Assembly (NCBI RefSeq): GCF_964355755.1
Contig: NC_092674.1
Location: 31,372,001 to 31,436,000 of the forward strand
Origin: Antedon mediterranea
Lineage: Eukaryota > Animalia > Echinodermata
Direction of reading: 5' to 3'
DNA length: 64,000 nt
Shown: positions 61,101 through 64,000 of the stretch, one piece after another
Layout of the letters: every line of letters begins with the position of its first letter
Position numbering within the stretch: position 1 is the first letter of the stretch
The notes under the pieces: model-generated
Told to the model about the DNA's origin: nothing
Seen by the model: the letters and a program-made list of their open reading frames with translations, nothing else
Database searches by the model: none
Made by a program: the position numbers and the translations under genes

Positions 61101-63757
61101 ATTGGTTAACATTGTGAACTATTATCCCTTAGTACACTGAAGTTTGTATAGAATGCCTACTGTATATGTCTAGTCCTCACCTGGGTTCATTATCCTGTAA
61201 GTTTTATCTGGTTCTGTATGCCTGGATGTTTGTACTTGTATGGACACTCTCTCAGTCAAAAGCTAAAACAAAAACATTTTCCAGAAATGAATTATGAGAC
61301 AATCAGTTAATCTTTGCTAAGTTTAAATCAGTAGCCATTTTAACATTTAACCCTGTTACCCACACTTAGGGTTTAAGTACCCACTTTATTATATACTGTT
61401 ACTCACCTCAAACAGACCATTATACATTGTAAGTGTTAAATCTGAAGTACTCAGCATTAACCTTTCACCAATGAGAGAGTACAGGTTATGGCCATGAAGA
61501 AGATCCAATTTATGTCTGATGAGAACAAAAGCAATGACAATTAAGTATCTACTTTTCTGCAGAAATGTATTAAATAAAATTTCTACAATGGTAAAACATT
61601 TATTTAATTTTTTTATTTCAACTTTATTTATAGAGCGTAAACCTTCCAGATGGACAAATTATTGACAGTTGATATTCAGGGGCCCTCTATCTATAAGGTA
61701 TGCAGGGGCCCTCTATCTATAAGGTATTCAGGGGCCCTCTATCTATAAGGTATTCAGGGGCCCTCTATCTATAAGGTATTCAGGGGCCCTCTATCTATAA
61801 GGTATGCAGGGGCCCTCTATCTATAAGGTATTCAGGGGCCCTCTATCTATAAGGTATTCAGGGGCCCTCTATCTATAAGGTATTCAGGGGCCCTCTATCT
61901 ATAAGGTATGCAGGGGCCCTCTATCTATAAGGTATTCAGGGGCCCTCTATCTATAAGGTATTCAGGGGCCCTCTATCTATAAGGTATTCAGGGGCCCTCT
62001 ATCTATAAGGTATTCAGGGGCCCTCTATCTATAAGGTATTCAGGGGCCCTCTATCTATAAGGTATGCAGATTGATGTATGTAGAAAAAGACCATTTGTGA
62101 TGATGGTCTATGGCTTAAATACTTACTTAAGAAGAGTTCTACTGAGGAATAGTGCTAGTACTTTAAGAGACATTGCTCTAATCTGCTCATCCTCAGAAGC
62201 CATCAACTTGAACACAACTCTGTTAAACAAAGAAAAATACATTCATAGAAGCATTTCAACAATTGTTCATTTTTTCCCTCTCACCATATCTGTATTTTCA
62301 TTTTTAAACGTGTATTGCAATAAATGTAATAATATATTCAAAGTTAATAACTGAGTGTGTCCTCACTTGATTCCATTTTTCTTGTCAAATGCTGATGCCA
62401 TACTTGTGTTATTCTCCACCATGAGTGACAACAAGAGCTGCAGGATGTCTCGGATATTCTCATCCTAGAAAAATTGCAATTTAAGTAAACAATGGTAAGA
62501 TCAAGTGTGGTAAACTAGACCATTAAATGCTGTCACACCACCTATTCTACATTCATTCAGACTTTGTTATTTATCTAACTTTGTGACTAAAGCTCTGTCT
62601 ACAATATCAAAATTTATGTGACAAAAAAATGTGATGATATTATATCACTACCATATTTGGGAATATCGCTACTACGATATTTTTGGGCACACACACTTTT
62701 TTTGTCAAACTAGTTTTATAGTGTAGACAGACCTTTAGTCACAAACTCAGTGTTAAATATATATACTGCAGTCACCCCATTTGAAGTGATGGTGTCTCTA
62801 GAAAAAAGAAAATTAAACTCACTTCATGTACTGTACTGAGAAAGTTCAAAACACTCTGCAGCTCATCATCATTGGCCGACTTCTCCCTCAGAATCAGCTG
62901 CTTTGCAATCTGTACCAATAGTCCACGGATTGTCTTCATGTCTTCCAAATTTGGTCGTGTACCATCTAAATAAGCAAATTAATTTTATCATCATGGAAAT
63001 GGCTGTGGTTGAGTGAATAAATTTGCTTTGGTGTAAAGGGTTATCCTGATTTTCTCTGTTGTCGAAGTTGTATTTGTTTCCGTATTTTTGTATTGTTTTA
63101 ATGAGAATTTTGAAAATAAAGTCAATCAATCAATAAACAAGTGTGTATGACTGAGTAGCCATATTATCTATATGAATGAATGAATACCACAAATATGTGT
63201 TGGCTTCATTGTTATAGTATATCTCATTTAATTGTTATTGTTGAATACTAAATACAATGCTGTTTCTGTCATAAATGATTTATTACTAAATTTACATAGT
63301 CCAGGAAAGTACCAGGAAAACAAATATATATTTACCAACTGCTTTAGGAGTAATACCACTACGTGCCTCTGGGTTGATAACCCAGTAATAGTACTTAAGT
63401 GTGTGCATTAGCTGAAGAACAGTAGAAACACGACGGATACTGGTGTATATCACTGTCTGGTTCACAAACTCAGTTGCTAGGAATGTGTACAGTGATATCT
63501 GAACCTAAAGAAAAAAGAATTAACAAGACGTAAATATAAAATATAAGTATGAATTGGTATGGGTAACTTAGACAATGATTAAACTTACTGGACAACAAGC
63601 TTACCTTAGCGGGGGTAAAAATCCACAGGTTTGGGTTAAACAGTATGTGGTCCACTATGTTTCGGAGCAGTGCATTGCCCGTGGGTAAGGTGTTGAAATA
63701 CTTTGCAAGGTCAATAAATAATTCCAAAACATCATTTGTGAAATGTGCATTCGAGGC
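48981..63757 (-). CDS. NBEA: Neurobeachin/LRBA-family BEACH protein, partial; 23 exons in the window, gene continues past both edges
   Basis: Manually spliced exons all have GT-AG ends and consistent phases (4686 nt, 1562 codons). Motifs match neurobeachin: [24 protein letters not shown], [43 protein letters not shown], [16 protein letters not shown], [29 protein letters not shown], and the PH start [16 protein letters not shown]. Probably the single invertebrate NBEA/LRBA ortholog. Confidence 0.95.
49494..49640 (-). CDS. NBEA: NBEA/LRBA exon ([11 protein letters not shown]...DVESELE)
   Basis: tttag acceptor, GTAAG donor, 147 nt, phase 1/1. Confidence 0.9.
49727..49888. mobile_element. MITE family B copy, ending a few nt from an NBEA donor site
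   Basis: AGCTCTGTATACAC...GTAGACAGAGCT TIRs with the same internal sequence. Confidence 0.75.
49900..50021 (-). CDS. NBEA: NBEA/LRBA exon ([25 protein letters not shown]...AAIEH)
   Basis: ttag acceptor, GTAAG donor, 122 nt, phase 2/1. Confidence 0.93.
50122..50291 (-). CDS. NBEA: NBEA/LRBA exon ([24 protein letters not shown]...KHGAWG)
   Basis: ttacag acceptor, GTAAT donor, 170 nt, phase 0/2. Confidence 0.93.
50391..50626 (-). CDS. NBEA: NBEA/LRBA exon ([26 protein letters not shown]...QKHAEFE; DUF1088 region)
   Basis: ctag acceptor, GTTAG donor, 236 nt, phase 1/0. Confidence 0.94.
50810..51160 (-). CDS. NBEA: NBEA/LRBA exon (...[34 protein letters not shown])
   Basis: ctag acceptor, GTATG donor, 351 nt, phase 1/1. 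Confidence 0.93.
51355..51882 (-). CDS. NBEA: NBEA/LRBA exon (acidic low-complexity linker)
   Basis: tttgtag acceptor, GTAAG donor, 528 nt, phase 1/1. Confidence 0.88.
52136..52835 (-). CDS. NBEA: NBEA/LRBA exon ([28 protein letters not shown] followed by acidic PVAEVKK repeats)
   Basis: ttcag acceptor, GTAAT donor, 700 nt, phase 0/1. Confidence 0.92.
53032..53139 (-). CDS. NBEA: NBEA/LRBA exon (NIVDNL...[20 protein letters not shown])
   Basis: cag acceptor, GTAAG donor, 108 nt, phase 0/0. Confidence 0.93.
53514..53655. mobile_element. MITE family B copy (right TIR truncated)
   Basis: CTCTGTCTACACTATCAAACTTTATGTGACAAAAA...TTTTTGTCAAATTAGTTT. Confidence 0.7.
53838..53876 (-). CDS. Candidate microexon ([13 protein letters not shown])
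   Basis: tttgtag acceptor, GTAAG donor, 39 nt, phase 0/0, TGCATG about 30 nt downstream. Confidence 0.55.
54712..54780 (-). CDS. Candidate cassette exon ([23 protein letters not shown])
   Basis: tttctctttccctatag acceptor, GTAAGT donor, 69 nt, phase 0/0, TGCATG about 20 nt downstream. Confidence 0.65.
54881..54913 (-). CDS. Candidate microexon ([11 protein letters not shown])
   Basis: Long polypyrimidine tract plus tgtag acceptor, AAG|GTAT donor, 33 nt, phase 0/0. Confidence 0.65.
55975..56025 (-). CDS. Candidate cassette exon ([17 protein letters not shown]; 45-nt form if the downstream AG is used)
   Basis: AG acceptor (AAG, weaker), GTAAAC donor, 51 nt, no stop, phase 0/0 matching the flanking exons. 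Confidence 0.45.
56717..56937. repeat. 41-bp minisatellite, about 5 copies, each with a CCAAT box
   Basis: Unit CAGCCAATCACAATCACTAACACACAGTCCTTATGAAACAT. Confidence 0.92.
57357..57505 (-). CDS. NBEA: NBEA/LRBA exon ([12 protein letters not shown]...ATHPSPK)
   Basis: tacag acceptor, GTAAG donor, 149 nt, phase 1/0. Confidence 0.9.
57612..57904. mobile_element. Inverted-repeat element, probably a Penelope-like pLTR remnant with a hammerhead motif
   Basis: About 62-bp imperfect inverted arms (57613-57675 vs 57843-57903), a near-perfect internal palindrome (57671-57746), and a CTGAAGA...GAAAC.GTC core. Confidence 0.6.
57822..57858 (+). ncRNA. Minimal type I hammerhead ribozyme motif
   Basis: GCAA-CUGAAGA-A-GU[acagcuag]AC-GAAAC-U-GUC^UUGC; stem I GCAA/UUGC closes the core; stem III is minimal. 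Confidence 0.5.
58017..58197 (-). CDS. NBEA: NBEA/LRBA exon ([10 protein letters not shown]...[10 protein letters not shown])
   Basis: tag acceptor, GTAAG donor, 181 nt, phase 0/1. Confidence 0.93.
58512..58665 (-). CDS. NBEA: NBEA/LRBA exon ([11 protein letters not shown]...[14 protein letters not shown])
   Basis: tacag acceptor, GTAAG donor, 154 nt, phase 2/0. Confidence 0.93.
59115..59317 (-). CDS. NBEA: NBEA/LRBA exon (QETSEQ...[17 protein letters not shown]...IETDIQVWR)
   Basis: tag acceptor, GTAAG donor, 203 nt, phase 0/2. Confidence 0.9.
59352..59491. repeat. 26-bp minisatellite, about 5 copies
   Basis: Unit AAAATATATATAGGTAAGCCTTAAGG. Confidence 0.93.
59641..59976 (-). CDS. NBEA: NBEA/LRBA exon (VSYENHK...acidic linker)
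   Basis: ttcag acceptor; two in-frame donors give exon ends at 59641 or 59635; phase 0/0. Confidence 0.85.
60018..60201. mobile_element. Tc1/mariner (Tigger-like) MITE remnant
   Basis: TA-CAGTCAACTCTC...GGACACC...TTTGGGACC...GTCGATTG-TA. Confidence 0.45.
60253..60445 (-). CDS. NBEA: NBEA/LRBA exon ([12 protein letters not shown]...[16 protein letters not shown])
   Basis: cag acceptor, GTGGG donor, 193 nt, phase 2/0. Confidence 0.94.
60697..60820 (-). CDS. NBEA: NBEA/LRBA exon (MFQIIARLL...[18 protein letters not shown])
   Basis: ttcag acceptor, GT donor, 124 nt, phase 1/2. Confidence 0.92.
61181..61262 (-). CDS. NBEA: NBEA/LRBA exon ([10 protein letters not shown]...[13 protein letters not shown])
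   Basis: tttag acceptor, GTGAG donor, 82 nt, phase 0/1. Confidence 0.9.
61407..61515 (-). CDS. NBEA: NBEA/LRBA exon ([20 protein letters not shown]...YNGLFE)
   Basis: tcag acceptor, GTGAG donor, 109 nt, phase 2/0. Confidence 0.9.
61674..62069. repeat. 26-bp minisatellite, about 15 copies
   Basis: Unit AGGGGCCCTCTATCTATAAGGTATKC. Confidence 0.96.
62127..62219 (-). CDS. NBEA: NBEA/LRBA exon ([21 protein letters not shown]...)
   Basis: acag acceptor, GTAAG donor, 93 nt, phase 2/2. Confidence 0.9.
62367..62464 (-). CDS. NBEA: NBEA/LRBA exon ([11 protein letters not shown]...AFDKKNGI)
   Basis: ctag acceptor, GTGAG donor, 98 nt, phase 0/2. Confidence 0.92.
62591..62734. mobile_element. MITE family B (TAA/TTA-flanked, Harbinger-like)
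   Basis: TIR AGCTCTGTCTACAxTATCAAA...ATAGTGTAGACAGA; internal TGACAAAAAAATGTGATG and CACTACCATATTTGGG. Confidence 0.75.
62823..62965 (-). CDS. NBEA: NBEA/LRBA exon (DGTRPNLED...[15 protein letters not shown])
   Basis: tttag acceptor, GTGAG donor, 143 nt, phase 1/0. Confidence 0.92.
63336..63504 (-). CDS. NBEA: NBEA/LRBA exon ([13 protein letters not shown]...KYYYWVINP...)
   Basis: tttag acceptor, GTAAA donor, 169 nt, phase 0/1; not in the ORF track in this frame. Confidence 0.93.
63605..63757 (-). CDS. NBEA: NBEA/LRBA exon ([14 protein letters not shown]...WIFTPAK)
   Basis: ttacag acceptor, GTAAG donor, 153 nt, phase 0/0. Confidence 0.92.
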
Positions 63758-64000
63758 CTGTAATAAAGAAAATAAATAAGTTTTACATTGAATAAAGAAA
63801 AACTTTAGAGGTTATTTACAGGGGTGCCCAAAGTTTAAAAGTCACAATTCTGAATTTTAGCAAAATCAGAAACAGACAGCTTTAACATATATTTCACCAT
63901 ATCGCTGGGTGGTTTAGACATTTTTCTCTTCTGTTAAAATTGCTTAAATATTTTTGGATTTTCATCAAATATGCTACAAACAATGGGCTCATTGATAATC

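Overview
AT-rich animal (invertebrate) genomic DNA; an invertebrate deuterostome such as an echinoderm is a guess from composition only. The minus strand carries the middle of a neurobeachin/LRBA (rugose/sel-2) BEACH-domain gene. 23 GT-AG exons from 63757 down to 48981 join in consistent phase into about 1560 aa, ending at the start of the PH domain. An intron of at least 49 kb then runs off the left edge. Nested antisense in that intron is an intronless mab-21 gene (1529-2620, +), the known conserved Mab21/Nbea-Lrba nested pair. The rest is non-coding: a tandem pair of Helentron-type (HINE-like) elements, LINE fragments, MITE families and about ten minisatellites. The most interesting signals not shown by the ORF track are: (1) four to five frame-preserving micro/cassette exons with downstream Rbfox motifs in one host intron; (2) a 6-nt microexon or recursive splice site at about 43190; (3) a CpG and TAGGCCTA compositional boundary near the same position; (4) a minimal hammerhead-ribozyme motif in a Penelope-like inverted repeat at about 57.8 kb.
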